Assembly: GCA_017613015.1 (NCBI GenBank)
Contig: JAGAEQ010000073.1
Span: 109-64,108, forward strand
Direction: 5' to 3'
Origin: Bacteroidales bacterium
Lineage (GTDB): Bacteria > Bacteroidota > Bacteroidia > Bacteroidales > WCHB1-69
DNA length: 64,000 nt
In this document: one piece after another, positions 31,008 through 41,272 of the stretch
How the letters are laid out: the number at the start of each line of letters is the position of its first letter
Position numbering within the stretch: position 1 is the stretch's first letter
Translations under genes and position numbers: made by a program
Notes under the pieces: model-generated
What the model was told of the DNA's origin: nothing
Databases searched by the model: none
What the model saw: the letters and a program-made list of their open reading frames with translations, nothing else

Positions 31008-32093
31008 CTATTTCGGGGTGGTGAACACCAACACCACGCAGAGGATGCCGTAGATGAAATCCGGAATCCAGACGGAGAGCAGCGGGGAGACGCCGCCGTA
31101 GACGGCAAACACCTGGGACATCTGCTGCAAGAGCACGAAGGAGAAGGTGATGACCAATCCCACCAACAAATGCAGCCCTATGCCCTCTCGGGTTTTCCGA
31201 GAGGAGACACAAACCCCTACAATGGTGAGAATCAGCACAGAAACCGGCCCGGTCATACGCCGTTGCAGCTCCACCTCGTAAGCCTTGATGGTATCGGAAC
31301 CACGCGCCCGCTCCACCTGCACGTAACGCCGTATCTGGGGCGTGGTCATGATTTCCGCGCCATGCTTTACATACACCAGATCAGAGACTTTCAGCGGCAA
31401 CACGGTATCTAAGCGGCTGCCCTGCTCAAATCGCTCCTCCGTCCCGTTGAACCAGCGTTTGCAGTACTGGTGCAGGTTCCACTGCTGCGCCACGGAATCC
31501 CAATGGATGGTCTGGGCGCTCAACTGGTAATCCACGCCCTTGGCGTTCATGTGCTCGTAACGGAAAGAATAGCCCATGCCGTTGTCCACATCCCAAAAAT
31601 GCACATAGGCATAGGTACTGGGAGACAGACGGATATGTATATCCATATCCTTGGAGCGAACCTGCCGGGAGACGTATTGCTCCTTGAAAATCATCATATT
31701 TCTGGAAGTCTTGGGAATCAGAAAGTTGTCCATGTAAAAAGACACGGAGCCCAGCAGCACGATGGTGACCAAATACGGGTACAGCATGCGGTAGAAGCTC
31801 ATGCCGCCGTTGGACATGGCGATGATTTCCGAATTGCCGGAGAGTTTGGAAGTGAAGAAAATGACGGAGATAAAGGTGAACAGCGGGATAAACAGGTTCA
31901 CGAAATACGGGATGAAATTCAGGTAGTAGCCGGTAATGATGCGCCCGACCGGGACTTTGCGGTCCAGAAAACCCTGAATGCTCTCCGACAAATCCACCAC
32001 AATGACAATGGCGATAATCAGCAGCAAGGCCACCACAAAGGTTGCGATGAACTTACGGATGATGTAACGGTCCAATATTTTCAACGGCTTCAT
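31008..32093 (-). CDS. LptF/LptG family permease
   Basis: 361 aa from MKPLKILDRYIIRKFIATFVV (the canonical YjgP/YjgQ N-terminus), with 6 TM segments. Confidence 0.85.
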   Translation of the reverse strand: MKPLKILDRYIIRKFIATFVVALLLIIAIVIVVDLSESIQGFLDRKVPVGRIITGYYLNFIPYFVNLFIPLFTFISVIFFTSKLSGNSEIIAMSNGGMSFYRMLYPYLVTIVLLGSVSFYMDNFLIPKTSRNMMIFKEQYVSRQVRSKDMDIHIRLSPSTYAYVHFWDVDNGMGYSFRYEHMNAKGVDYQLSAQTIHWDSVAQQWNLHQYCKRWFNGTEERFEQGSRLDTVLPLKVSDLVYVKHGAEIMTTPQIRRYVQVERARGSDTIKAYEVELQRRMTGPVSVLILTIVGVCVSSRKTREGIGLHLLVGLVITFSFVLLQQMSQVFAVYGGVSPLLSVWIPDFIYGILCVVLVFTTPK

Positions 32094-32116
32094 GCGCTTT
32101 CGGATTGCAGAAACTG

Positions 32117-32124
32117 CAAAAGTA
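32117..32124 (-). promoter_or_regulatory. -7 promoter element TACTTTTG (minus strand)
   Basis: The plus strand reads CAAAAGTA, 24 nt upstream of the ATG at 32093. Confidence 0.45.
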
Positions 32125-32151
32125 GACAAAAAATCCGTAGCCCCCGCCGTC

Positions 32152-32766
32152 TTAGCGGAGAATTCCGCTTTCGTCCATCATGCGCTGCAAGGAAGGGTAG
32201 AAACCGGCATAGCGGCTTTGCAATTCCGCCAGCGTAACCCACTCGGCCCCTTCGATGTGCTCCTCCTCCTGCGCCCGCAGCGCCCCGTCGAAGTCCGTCC
32301 GCATGGCGTACCACTGGGTCTCTTTCAGCACGGCCTGCCCGTCACGGACAAAAATATGGTAGGTCACCGGAAGCTCCTTTTCGATTTCCAGGCCCGAAAC
32401 GCCCGTCTCCTCCCAGACTTCGCGCACGGCTGTCTGCGGCAGGCTCTCCCCCGCCTCCACATGGCCTTTGGGGAAATCACAATGACCGAAACGCCGGATC
32501 ATCAGAAACTCGTCCTTGGCATTGCGCACCACGCCGCCTGCGGCCCTTTCAAGCCGGAAATACGAGAGCAGGCAACGGAAGGCCTCGTCCCACAGCCCCG
32601 GACGGAAAACGTGTTCGGAAGAGCGTTCCGCGTGCAGCAGTTCCTCCACAGCCTTGCGCCATGCCGAAATCGCGGCGGCGTCCGCGTCCGCGCCGCCTGT
32701 GTTTTTTTCATCGGAGATTCTACCGGTGAGCGTCGCTTTGTTGTAAAAAAAATAGTACTTTTGCAT
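32152..32766 (-). CDS. NUDIX hydrolase
   Basis: Has the Nudix box FPKGHVEAGESLPQTAVREVWEETGV. Confidence 0.85.
   Translation of the reverse strand: MQKYYFFYNKATLTGRISDEKNTGGADADAAAISAWRKAVEELLHAERSSEHVFRPGLWDEAFRCLLSYFRLERAAGGVVRNAKDEFLMIRRFGHCDFPKGHVEAGESLPQTAVREVWEETGVSGLEIEKELPVTYHIFVRDGQAVLKETQWYAMRTDFDGALRAQEEEHIEGAEWVTLAELQSRYAGFYPSLQRMMDESGILR
32756..32763 (+). promoter_or_regulatory. -7 promoter element TACTTTTG for pyrE
   Basis: Exact consensus match, 26 nt upstream of the pyrE ATG. It lies inside codons 2-4 of the divergent NUDIX gene. Confidence 0.4.
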
Positions 32767-32788
32767 TTTGAATAAAAACTATACCACT

Positions 32789-33436
32789 ATGGAAATCTCG
32801 AAACAATGCGCCAGCCACTTACTGGAAATCAAAGCCGTCAAGCTGAACCCGTCCAAACCCTTCACCTGGGCTTCCGGACTCAAGTCCCCCATTTATTGTG
32901 ACAACCGCAAGACATTGTCCTATCCGGAAATAAGAACGTTCATCAAGGAAAGTTTAGTACAGACCCTGCAAACAAAATTTTCCAATGTGGAAGTCATTGC
33001 CGGCGTGGCGACGGGAGCCATCGCGCAAGGGGCTTTGGTGGCCGAGGCCATGGGACTTCCGTTTGTCTATGTGCGCAGCGAGGAGAAAAAGCACGGCATG
33101 GGCAACATTGTGGAAGGCGAAGTCAAAGCCGGACAGAAAGTGGTGGTGATTGAGGACCTGGTGTCCACCGGGCAAAGCAGCCTGAAAGCCGTGGAGACCC
33201 TGCGGGCCATGGGTTGCACGGTGCTGGGGATGACCGCTATTTTCACCTACAACCTGCCGGTGGCGCAAAAGCGTTTTGAAGAGGCGAAATGCGCCCTCTA
33301 CACCCTGACAGACTACCACTGCCTGATAGAGCAGGCGGCGGACATGCACTACATCCAGCCCGAGGAGCAGGCGAGCCTGATTGAATGGCGCAAAGACCCC
33401 CAGGCTTGGGCCGACCGCTTCTCGCAAACCCTTTAA
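32789..33436 (+). CDS. pyrE: Orotate phosphoribosyltransferase
   Basis: 215 aa from MEISKQCASHLLEIKAV. It has FTWASGLKSPIYCDNR and the PRPP-binding motif VVVIEDLVSTGQS. Confidence 0.95.
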   Translation: MEISKQCASHLLEIKAVKLNPSKPFTWASGLKSPIYCDNRKTLSYPEIRTFIKESLVQTLQTKFSNVEVIAGVATGAIAQGALVAEAMGLPFVYVRSEEKKHGMGNIVEGEVKAGQKVVVIEDLVSTGQSSLKAVETLRAMGCTVLGMTAIFTYNLPVAQKRFEEAKCALYTLTDYHCLIEQAADMHYIQPEEQASLIEWRKDPQAWADRFSQTL

Positions 33437-33448
33437 CGACGCATACGC

Positions 33449-33865
33449 ATGAAACTGAACAGCAAAGAAATCCTCATTCAGGCGACGCCGGAGCAGGTGT
33501 TCCGCCAAATCGCCGACTGCCACCATTTGCAGGAGGGCATCGGACTGGCCAATGTGCCCCAGATGAGCGACCTGCAATGCACCGACACCACGTGCAGCTT
33601 CCAAATGACCGGCCTCGGGCAGCTGACCCTCGCCATCACAGAGACCACCTTCCCTTCCCAAGTGGTCTACGATGTGAAAAACGAGCACATCAAATCGGTG
33701 ACGGTCTGCTTCAACATCGAGGGAGGCAACGAGCAAACGCGTTTAGTGAGCGTCGCCAATCTGGACCTGCCCTTTTTCATGGCGCAAATGCTAAAACCGG
33801 TTTTGCAGAATTTTCTGAACATTCTGGTGGACTGTGTGAAGACAACCACCGAAAAGAAACAGTAG
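33449..33865 (+). CDS. Hypothetical protein, SRPBCC (START/polyketide cyclase-like) fold suspected
   Basis: 138 aa. The N-terminus I.ATPEQVFRQIAD is typical of SRPBCC proteins. There is no stronger motif. Confidence 0.55.
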   Translation: MKLNSKEILIQATPEQVFRQIADCHHLQEGIGLANVPQMSDLQCTDTTCSFQMTGLGQLTLAITETTFPSQVVYDVKNEHIKSVTVCFNIEGGNEQTRLVSVANLDLPFFMAQMLKPVLQNFLNILVDCVKTTTEKKQ

Positions 33866-33868
33866 GCG

Positions 33869-34582
33869 ATGGAGGGAAAACGTTTGAAAATCGCGGTGCT
33901 GAGCGGCGCCGGCATCAGCGCGGAAAGCGGCATACAGACCTTCCGGGACTCGGACGGGCTCTGGGAGAACTACCGGGTAGAGGACGTGTGCACGCCGGAG
34001 GCTTTGGAAAGGAATCCGGAACTGGTGATTGGATTCTACAACCAGCGGCTTGCCCAGGTGCTGAAAGCGCAGCCCAATTCGGCCCACAGGGCCTTGGTAC
34101 GCTTAGAAGAGAAATACGAGGTGGACATCATCACCCAAAACATTGACGACCTGCACGAAAGAGCCGGTTCGACCCGGGTGCTGCACCTCCACGGCGACAT
34201 CCGCAAGAAACGCAGCCAGGCGGACCCTCTTGACATTCGGGACATTGAGCCCTTGGCGCAAGGCATCCGCATGGGCGATTTGGACCGTTTCGGAATGCAA
34301 TACCGTCCGCACATCGTGTTTTTCGGCGAAGCCGTCCCCAACATAGAACCGGCCTCCCGTTTGGTGGAAGCCGCAGATATTGTGGTGATTATAGGTACTT
34401 CACTGCAAGTGTATCCGGCGGCGGGACTGATGTACTACGCCGCGCCTGACGCGCCAATCTATTACATCGACCCCAAGGCGGACGAAGCCAAAGGACTGGA
34501 CAAACGGGTGGTGTGTATTGCCGAAAAAGCCGGCAAAGGGGTTCCCGAATGGGTGGACCGCATGCTGGATTCAGCCCGATAA
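33869..34582 (+). CDS. cobB: Sir2-family NAD-dependent protein deacylase
   Basis: Carries GAGISAESGIQTFRD, QNIDDLHERAG, the catalytic-His context LHLHGD, and GTSLQVYPAA. Confidence 0.9.
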   Translation: MEGKRLKIAVLSGAGISAESGIQTFRDSDGLWENYRVEDVCTPEALERNPELVIGFYNQRLAQVLKAQPNSAHRALVRLEEKYEVDIITQNIDDLHERAGSTRVLHLHGDIRKKRSQADPLDIRDIEPLAQGIRMGDLDRFGMQYRPHIVFFGEAVPNIEPASRLVEAADIVVIIGTSLQVYPAAGLMYYAAPDAPIYYIDPKADEAKGLDKRVVCIAEKAGKGVPEWVDRMLDSAR

Positions 34583-34588
34583 ACCGCC

Positions 34589-35497
34589 ATGTTCGCACTC
34601 ATCTACCTGCTGCTCTACCCGCTTTCCCTGCTGCCGCTATGTGTGCTTTACGGCATTGGGGATTTGTTGTTTCTGCTGCTCTATTACGTGACCGGCTACC
34701 GCAAACGCGTGGTGAGGGAGAATCTGGCCAAAGCTTTTCCCGAAAAAAGCCCGAAGGAACGGAAACGCATCGAACGCCGCTATTTCCACCATTTGTGCAA
34801 CCTGCTGGTGGAAGGGGTGAAAATGCTCAGCATGAGCCGAAAAAACGTGATGCGCCGCTATGTCTGCACCAATCCGGAGGTGTTGCGCCCCTACGCGGAG
34901 AAAAAACAGAGCGTGCTGCTCATGTCCGCGCATTACAACGACTGGGAATGGATGGTGCTATCCCTTGAAATGCAGACACCGCTGCACGGCGTGGGAGTCG
35001 GCAAGGAAAACACCAACAAGTCGTTCGAGGGCATCATCAACCGCTTCCGCACGCGCTACGGAACGGAAGTGGTGTTCGCCCGCAACGTGCGGGAATGCAT
35101 GCGGCAGTACGTGGGAAACGGCACGGCCTGCGCCTACATGATGCTCAGCGACCAGACCCCGGCTTCGGCGCGGCGCGCCTTCCTCCTTCCCGACTTTCTC
35201 GGACAGCCCACCGACATGATTTACGGAAGCGAATATTTCGCGAAAAAATACGGATTCCCCGTCTTTTACTATCGGGTGGACCGCATTCGCCGGGGCCGCT
35301 ACACCTGGACCCTGGAGCCCATCACCGACAAGGCGGAAACCGAAGACTACGGCTTCATCGTGCACCGCTACGCGGAACTGTTGGAACGCGACATCCGCCG
35401 CCAACCCGCCTACTGGCTGTGGAGCCACCGCCGCTGGAAGCACCGCACGGAAGTGGAGCGTTTGCTGGAGGAAAGTGAATCTGAGGGCAAACGATAG
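34589..35497 (+). CDS. Lysophospholipid/lipid A late acyltransferase family protein (LpxL/HtrB-like)
   Basis: Has an N-terminal TM anchor, the catalytic-type motif SAHYNDWEW (HX4D/E-like), and the length and pattern of the lauroyl-acyltransferase family. Confidence 0.8.
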   Translation: MFALIYLLLYPLSLLPLCVLYGIGDLLFLLLYYVTGYRKRVVRENLAKAFPEKSPKERKRIERRYFHHLCNLLVEGVKMLSMSRKNVMRRYVCTNPEVLRPYAEKKQSVLLMSAHYNDWEWMVLSLEMQTPLHGVGVGKENTNKSFEGIINRFRTRYGTEVVFARNVRECMRQYVGNGTACAYMMLSDQTPASARRAFLLPDFLGQPTDMIYGSEYFAKKYGFPVFYYRVDRIRRGRYTWTLEPITDKAETEDYGFIVHRYAELLERDIRRQPAYWLWSHRRWKHRTEVERLLEESESEGKR

Positions 35498-35515
35498 CCG
35501 CCCGTTTTTGCGACA

Positions 35516-36793
35516 TCAGTCACGTTCGAAAATATCCCGGGTATACACTTTTTCCTTTACGGTATCCAGACAAGCGTCATAGCGGTTGGCGATAATGGCC
35601 TGCGCCTCCGCCTTGAAGCGTTCGAGGTCGTTCACCACCCGGCTTCCGAAAAACGTGCTGTTATCTTCCAAAGTAGGTTCATAAATAATGACTTCCGCTC
35701 CTTTGGCCTTGATGCGCTTCATCACGCCCTGTATGCTGCTCTGCCGGAAATTGTCACTGTTCGACTTCATCGTAAGGCGATACACCCCGATGACACAACG
35801 GTGTTCGTGGGTGGCATCGTACTGTCCCTGTTCGCAGTAATCGTAATAGCCCGCTTTTTTCAGCACCTGGTCGGCGATGAAATCCTTGCGGGTGCGGTTG
35901 CTCTCCACAATAGCGCTCATCATGTTCTGCGGCACATTGGCGTAATTGGCCAGCAGCTGCTTGGTGTCCTTCGGCAGGCAGTAGCCGCCGTAGCCGAAAC
36001 TCGGGTTGTTGTAATGGCTGCCGATGCGCGGGTCCAGGCAAACACCGTCGATAATCTGCTTCGGGTCCAACCCCTTCATCTCCGCATAAGTGTCCAATTC
36101 GTTGAAATAGCTGACACGGAGTGCCAAATAAGTGTTCGCAAACAATTTCACGGCCTCCGCCTCGGTCGCTCCCATGAACAGCACCGGCACCTCCTCTTTG
36201 AGGGCGCCTTCCCGGATGAGACCGGCAAAGGTGTGCGCCGCCGCTTCAAGCCGGGCGTTCCCGTGGTCGTAACCGACAATGATACGGCTCGGGTAAAGGT
36301 TGTCGTACAAGGCCTTGCTCTCCCGCAAAAACTCCGGAGCAAACAGGATGTCCGGCACCACTAAGCGGAAACTGCCGTCCGCCTGACGCTCGCGGTAGGA
36401 GAACTTCTCCCGCACCGACTCCGTATATCCAACAGGAACTGTGGACTTTATAACCATCACCGCATTCGGGTTGACCTCCTGCACCAAAGAAATCACCTCC
36501 TCCACCTTGCTGGTGTCGAAAAAATTCCTCCGGGGGTCGTAATTGGTCGGGGCGGCGATGACGACAAACTCGGCCTCCCGGTACGCGGACGCGCCGTCCA
36601 AGGTGGCGGTCAAATCCAAGTCTTTCTCCGCCAGATATTTTTCAATATATTCGTCCTGAATGGGAGAGATTCTGCGGTTGATTTTCTCCACTTTCTCCGG
36701 AATCACATCCACAGCCGCCACCTGATGGCGTTGCGCCAGCAAAGTGGCAATGCTCAATCCCACATAACCCGTTCCTGCTACAGCTATTTTCAT
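35516..36793 (-). CDS. ugd: Nucleotide-sugar dehydrogenase (UDP-glucose 6-dehydrogenase-like)
   Basis: 425 aa from [20 protein letters not shown] (Rossmann GxGxxG). The catalytic Cys context is GGYCLPKD. The remaining 474 N-terminal codons of track ORF 35516..38215 are rejected. Confidence 0.9.
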   Translation of the reverse strand: MKIAVAGTGYVGLSIATLLAQRHQVAAVDVIPEKVEKINRRISPIQDEYIEKYLAEKDLDLTATLDGASAYREAEFVVIAAPTNYDPRRNFFDTSKVEEVISLVQEVNPNAVMVIKSTVPVGYTESVREKFSYRERQADGSFRLVVPDILFAPEFLRESKALYDNLYPSRIIVGYDHGNARLEAAAHTFAGLIREGALKEEVPVLFMGATEAEAVKLFANTYLALRVSYFNELDTYAEMKGLDPKQIIDGVCLDPRIGSHYNNPSFGYGGYCLPKDTKQLLANYANVPQNMMSAIVESNRTRKDFIADQVLKKAGYYDYCEQGQYDATHEHRCVIGVYRLTMKSNSDNFRQSSIQGVMKRIKAKGAEVIIYEPTLEDNSTFFGSRVVNDLERFKAEAQAIIANRYDACLDTVKEKVYTRDIFERD

Positions 36794-36940
36794 ATTTCTT
36801 GTGTTTAGTTTTTCCTGTTTTCCCGCCTTTCCGCATACGCGAAAAGAAGACGGATTGGAGGGAGAACGCGGAAAAACTTTTTTTATTGTGCCCGCAAACA
36901 AAAAAGCGTAGCGCATGGGCGGCGGCATCGCATTTTCTGC

Positions 36941-36948
36941 TATTTTTG
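36941..36948 (+). promoter_or_regulatory. -7 promoter element TATTTTTG
   Basis: Exact TAnnTTTG match, 26 nt upstream of the ATG at 36974. Confidence 0.4.
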
Positions 36949-36973
36949 CATTTTGAACAAACAGACTTCGCCC

Positions 36974-38086
36974 ATGCAGATCGCCATTGTTGGAGCCGGA
37001 ACATCCGGACTTTTCCTGAACCGCCTGCTTTCCGGAAGGAAAGGCCTGCACACCACCCTTTTCGAGCAATCGGAAAAGGCGGGGACCAAGCTCAGGGCTT
37101 CCGGCGGCGGAAAAGCCAACCTGCTCAACACCGACATACGGCCCGAGCATTACAACCATCCGGAATTCCTGCGCCGCCTGCTGCAACAGGCGGATGCCGC
37201 CCGCGTGCAGCGTCTCTGGGAATCTTTCGGCCTGCTCACCCGCTCCGACGACGAAGGGCGCGTCTACCCGCTGAGCCTCTGCGCCCAAACGGCCGTGGAC
37301 ACGCTGCTGCCCCCAGGTATGGACACCGACATCCGCTACGGCTGCACGGTGCGCGAACTGCAAGCCGAGAACGGGAAATGGCACCTCAACGGGGAGGCGG
37401 AAAGCTTTGACAAAGTGGTGCTTTGCAGCGGCTCTCCGGCCGGCATGATTCCGGACAAACGCAAGGCGTACAACGCCTACCTGCACAGCCTTTCTTTGGA
37501 AACCACGCCCCTTTCCCCCTCCTTGGTGGGATTCCGCATCCGCCGCTACCCCAAACGCCTGAACGGCTGCCGGGCCAAAGCGGAAGTGCGGCTCCTGCAA
37601 AACCAGCGGGAGATTTTCCGTGAAACGGGCGAAATCACCTTCAAGGAAGACGGGCTTTCGGGCATCGTGATACTGAACGCCTCCGCCCACTACAACCGCT
37701 TGGAAAACAAGGAGGGAGCCTACCTGCTGCTCGATTTCCTGTACGCCAGGCCCGAGTGGAGCCTTCAGGAGCACCTCCGCCTGCACCGCGACCTCAGCGG
37801 CGTGCTGCACCCCAAGCTGCACGCGCTCTACCTCCAGCAGGCTTTCGACCCGAAAAATTTCCGTCTGGACATCGAAGCGCCTTACGATTTGGCCTTCGCC
37901 CAGGTCTGCCACGGCGGCATTCCCGTGGAGAAAGTGGACGACACGCTCGCCCTGCGCGGACATCCGGGCGTCCACATCGCTGGGGAACTGCTGGACATTG
38001 ACGGCGTCTGCGGCGGCTACAACTTGTTCTTCGCTTGCGCCTGCGCCTGCGTCATCGCCGATAATTTGTGTAAAGATGCGCATTAA
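36974..38086 (+). CDS. HI0933/BaiN-like NAD(P)/FAD-dependent oxidoreductase
   Basis: 370 aa from [14 protein letters not shown] (the dinucleotide-binding GxGxxG). It also has [10 protein letters not shown] (the family GGG(R/K)CN motif) and a C-terminal GEL.DIDG.CGGYNL. Confidence 0.8.
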   Translation: MQIAIVGAGTSGLFLNRLLSGRKGLHTTLFEQSEKAGTKLRASGGGKANLLNTDIRPEHYNHPEFLRRLLQQADAARVQRLWESFGLLTRSDDEGRVYPLSLCAQTAVDTLLPPGMDTDIRYGCTVRELQAENGKWHLNGEAESFDKVVLCSGSPAGMIPDKRKAYNAYLHSLSLETTPLSPSLVGFRIRRYPKRLNGCRAKAEVRLLQNQREIFRETGEITFKEDGLSGIVILNASAHYNRLENKEGAYLLLDFLYARPEWSLQEHLRLHRDLSGVLHPKLHALYLQQAFDPKNFRLDIEAPYDLAFAQVCHGGIPVEKVDDTLALRGHPGVHIAGELLDIDGVCGGYNLFFACACACVIADNLCKDAH

Positions 38087-39638
38087 AGTCAGCAACATCC
38101 GCATTCCGGTCACGCAAAAACAGCGGCTCAAGGCCGTTGTGCTAAGCCATTGCAAGCTAAGCGAAGACGACCTGGCGGACTTCCGCATACTGCGGGAATC
38201 CATAGACGCCCGCAAACGCTCGGAGGTGGTGTTTGACTACCAGGTCTGCCTGCAGCTGAAAAAAGAGCGCCCGGAGGTGCTGCAACGTCCCCACGTCAGC
38301 CGTTACGAGGAGGCGGAACCCCTGCGCTACCCCGTCTGGAAGGAAGCGCTGCCGCCCGTGGTGGTGGGCTTCGGCCCCGCCGGAATGTTCGCCGCCCTTT
38401 ACCTGGCCCGCTGCGGCGCCCGGCCCGTCATTTTGGAGCGGGGCAGCCGCATAGAGGAGCGCAAGCGGAAAGTGGAGACGTTTTTCCGCGAGAAAAAACT
38501 GGATCCGGAATCCAACATTCAGTTCGGCGAAGGCGGCGCGGGCGCCTTTTCCGACGGCAAGCTGAACACCAACCTAAATCATCCTTGGATACGTTTTATT
38601 CTCAATGAATTCCACCTTCATGGAGCCTGCGAGGACGTGACCTACGCCGCCGCGCCCCACGTGGGCACGGATTACTTGGAGAAAGTGGTGCGCAACCTTC
38701 GGGAGGAAATCATCCGCTTGGGCGGAACCTTCCACTTCGACACCCCCTTCACCGACTTCCACCGCCGGGAGGACGGCAGCCTTACGGTCTGCACGCCGGC
38801 ACAAACGTTCCACACTCGCCACCTGCTGCTCTGCCTCGGGCATTCCGCGCACGACACCTTGCGGAGGCTGCACGAAAAAGGGATGCAGATGGAGCCCAAA
38901 GCCTTCTCCATCGGCGTGCGCATCGAACATAAACAATCCTATATCAATGAAATGCAGTACGGACGCTTCGCCCGCTTCCTGCCCGCCGCCTCCTACCGGG
39001 GCGTGGTGCACCTGAAAGACCGCAGCGTCTACACCTTCTGCATGTGTCCCGGCGGCAGCGTCATGGCTTCCACCAACGACGATCGCCGCATCGTGACCAA
39101 CGGCATGAGTGAAAAGAGCCGCGACCGCGAAAACGCCAACAGCGCCCTGCTGGTCAGCATTCGTCCGGAAGACTTTTACCACGACAGCCCCTTGGACGGA
39201 CTGGCTTTTCAGGAAAAATACGAACGCCTCGCCTTCGACATCGCGGGCGACTACCGGGCACCGGCCAATACCGTCGGGGCCTTTCTGCACAAGCGCATCG
39301 CCACGCAAGCGGGCACGGTGCGCCCCTCCTATCCGCACGGCGTCATCTTCTGCGATTTGAACCGCTGCCTGCCGCCCTACGTGACCAAGGCCCTGCGCGA
39401 AGCGATTCCGAAAATGGAAGGCTGCATCCGGGGCTTCGCCCATCCCGACGCCATACTGACCGGCGTGGAGACCCGTTCGTCTTCCGCCGTGCGCCTGCTC
39501 CGCAACGAGAACCGGGAATCCAACATCGCAGGCATCTACCCCGTGGGCGAAGGCGCAGGATACGCCGGAGGCATTGTGAGCGCCGCTTTGGACGGACTGA
39601 AAACGGCCGCGTCGCTTTTTACGGAAACGCCGCAATAA
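38076..39638 (+). CDS. FAD-dependent protein (COG2509-type uncharacterised dehydrogenase)
   Basis: 520 aa from [11 protein letters not shown]. It has [18 protein letters not shown] (GxGxxG) and a C-terminal [15 protein letters not shown]. The start overlaps the previous gene by 11 nt. Confidence 0.8.
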   Translation: MRIKVSNIRIPVTQKQRLKAVVLSHCKLSEDDLADFRILRESIDARKRSEVVFDYQVCLQLKKERPEVLQRPHVSRYEEAEPLRYPVWKEALPPVVVGFGPAGMFAALYLARCGARPVILERGSRIEERKRKVETFFREKKLDPESNIQFGEGGAGAFSDGKLNTNLNHPWIRFILNEFHLHGACEDVTYAAAPHVGTDYLEKVVRNLREEIIRLGGTFHFDTPFTDFHRREDGSLTVCTPAQTFHTRHLLLCLGHSAHDTLRRLHEKGMQMEPKAFSIGVRIEHKQSYINEMQYGRFARFLPAASYRGVVHLKDRSVYTFCMCPGGSVMASTNDDRRIVTNGMSEKSRDRENANSALLVSIRPEDFYHDSPLDGLAFQEKYERLAFDIAGDYRAPANTVGAFLHKRIATQAGTVRPSYPHGVIFCDLNRCLPPYVTKALREAIPKMEGCIRGFAHPDAILTGVETRSSSAVRLLRNENRESNIAGIYPVGEGAGYAGGIVSAALDGLKTAASLFTETPQ

Positions 39639-39685
39639 ACAAGAAGCTGTTCCGTTATATCTATTACATTAAAACAAAAATTGCC

Positions 39686-41272
39686 ATGAAACCGAAATGG
39701 ATCTGCCTTATCGTGCTGACGCTGCTTCTCGGGGAAAAAGCCTCCGGCCAGCCCTCAGCGCCGCAAACCCGGCCGGTATGGCTGCCGGACACCGCTTTTG
39801 TCCACCACACCGACGGCTCCGTAGCCGGATTTTACCGCTACACCTATAACGAACAGGGACAGCGGACAGAAGCCCTGTATTTCGCCGCCGAAGCGGAGCA
39901 ATGGAAGGAAAGCCAGAAGCGGACCTACACCTATGATCCGCAAGGGAACCTGCTCACCGACCTTTTGCAGGAAAAAGCGGACGGACAATGGAAAAACCTG
40001 CAACGGAACAGCTACGCCTGGAACACACAGGGGCTGAAGACCTTGGCACACCACGAACTCTGGTCGGACAGTCTGGGGCGATGGACCACCCCGCACTGCT
40101 TCCACTACACCTACACCCCTTGGGGCGAAGCGGACACCATTTTCCGGGAAGACGACGACTCCTCCTATGTTTCACGCACCTTCTACTGTTTTGACGCGAA
40201 CCGGAACCGCACCATCGAGCAATGGCAGTTCTGGGACACCGCATGGACAGACCTGTTCCGGGCCACCTCCACCTACGACAGCCTTAACCACCTGATTGAC
40301 TATATCGAGGAAAACTGGAACCACACCCACGGCGGGCCGCCCAAATTGGAATGGGAATACTGGCTGCACTACGCCTACACCTACGATTCCATCGGCAGGC
40401 TGTCGGAGCTGCAAACCTGGACCTGGTCCTGCGGGGAGGAGAAATGGTACAACGAAAAGCATTTCTATTATACGTATGATTCCGCTAACCGCCTTTCCGT
40501 CAAGACTTACTATGCCTGGAGCCGGGGCGACAAGCAATGGGTGAAAAGCGAACGCACCAGCAACGACTACGACAGCAAGGGCCGGATGCTGCGCCAAACC
40601 TTCCAAACCCCTTACAACGGGGAATGGATCAATAACCGCCTGACCGATTTCACCTACGACCCGGACGGACGCCTGCTCTCCCAAACCACCGCCCAATGGA
40701 AAACCGACTCCCAGCAATGGGTAAACAACGCCAGACTCACCTGGGAATACGACCTTTGGGGAAATCTGGAGGAAGAGGCTTACGCCAACTGGGACAGCCG
40801 GAAAAAGGCATGGGAAGGGCTTTACCGCACCCGTAACACCTTCAATCTGGAAGGGAACGGGGACACCAGCAGCCACGAAATGTATGACAACCGGAAAGGA
40901 TGGCGCCTCCACGAGACTAACCTCCACGTGCCCTACCACCACAGCCGGGACAGCATAGGCGGATTTCACACCTCCAAGGTGAGCGTGCACTACCGCCTGT
41001 TCGAGGACAGCACCCAAGCCGTGCGCTCTTACCGGACGGAACCTCAGGTGTTCTGCCACCCCAACCCCACCTCCGACCAGCTCCACCTCCGCACCGACGG
41101 GGAAACACTGCTGCACTGTCAGTTATGGGACGTGAACGGACGCATCCTACTGGAGCAACGCCCCTTATGCACTGAAACCACCCTTTCCCTCCGCGCACTG
41201 CCCAACGGAGCCTACCTCCTCCGCTGCCAAACCCCGAAAGGAACCTTAATCCGCATGATTTACAAACAATGA
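39686..41272 (+). CDS. T9SS cargo: YD/RHS-like repeat protein with type A C-terminal sorting domain
   Basis: Signal peptide, then about 10 repeats of W..(5-10)..Y.YD..G.L (YTYDPQGNLL, YTYDSIGRLSEL, YTYDSANRLSV, FTYDPDGRLLS ...). The C-terminus is HPNPTSDQLHLR...LPNGAYLLRCQT...MIYKQ. Confidence 0.75.
   Translation: MKPKWICLIVLTLLLGEKASGQPSAPQTRPVWLPDTAFVHHTDGSVAGFYRYTYNEQGQRTEALYFAAEAEQWKESQKRTYTYDPQGNLLTDLLQEKADGQWKNLQRNSYAWNTQGLKTLAHHELWSDSLGRWTTPHCFHYTYTPWGEADTIFREDDDSSYVSRTFYCFDANRNRTIEQWQFWDTAWTDLFRATSTYDSLNHLIDYIEENWNHTHGGPPKLEWEYWLHYAYTYDSIGRLSELQTWTWSCGEEKWYNEKHFYYTYDSANRLSVKTYYAWSRGDKQWVKSERTSNDYDSKGRMLRQTFQTPYNGEWINNRLTDFTYDPDGRLLSQTTAQWKTDSQQWVNNARLTWEYDLWGNLEEEAYANWDSRKKAWEGLYRTRNTFNLEGNGDTSSHEMYDNRKGWRLHETNLHVPYHHSRDSIGGFHTSKVSVHYRLFEDSTQAVRSYRTEPQVFCHPNPTSDQLHLRTDGETLLHCQLWDVNGRILLEQRPLCTETTLSLRALPNGAYLLRCQTPKGTLIRMIYKQ

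Noticed and set aside
36794-38215. N-terminal 474 codons of the 899-aa minus-strand ORF 35516..38215
   Set aside because: This part is antisense to two well-supported flavoprotein genes and is Ala/Gly/Arg/Val-rich with no motif. The real gene (ugd) begins at the Rossmann-fold [12 protein letters not shown] at 36793.
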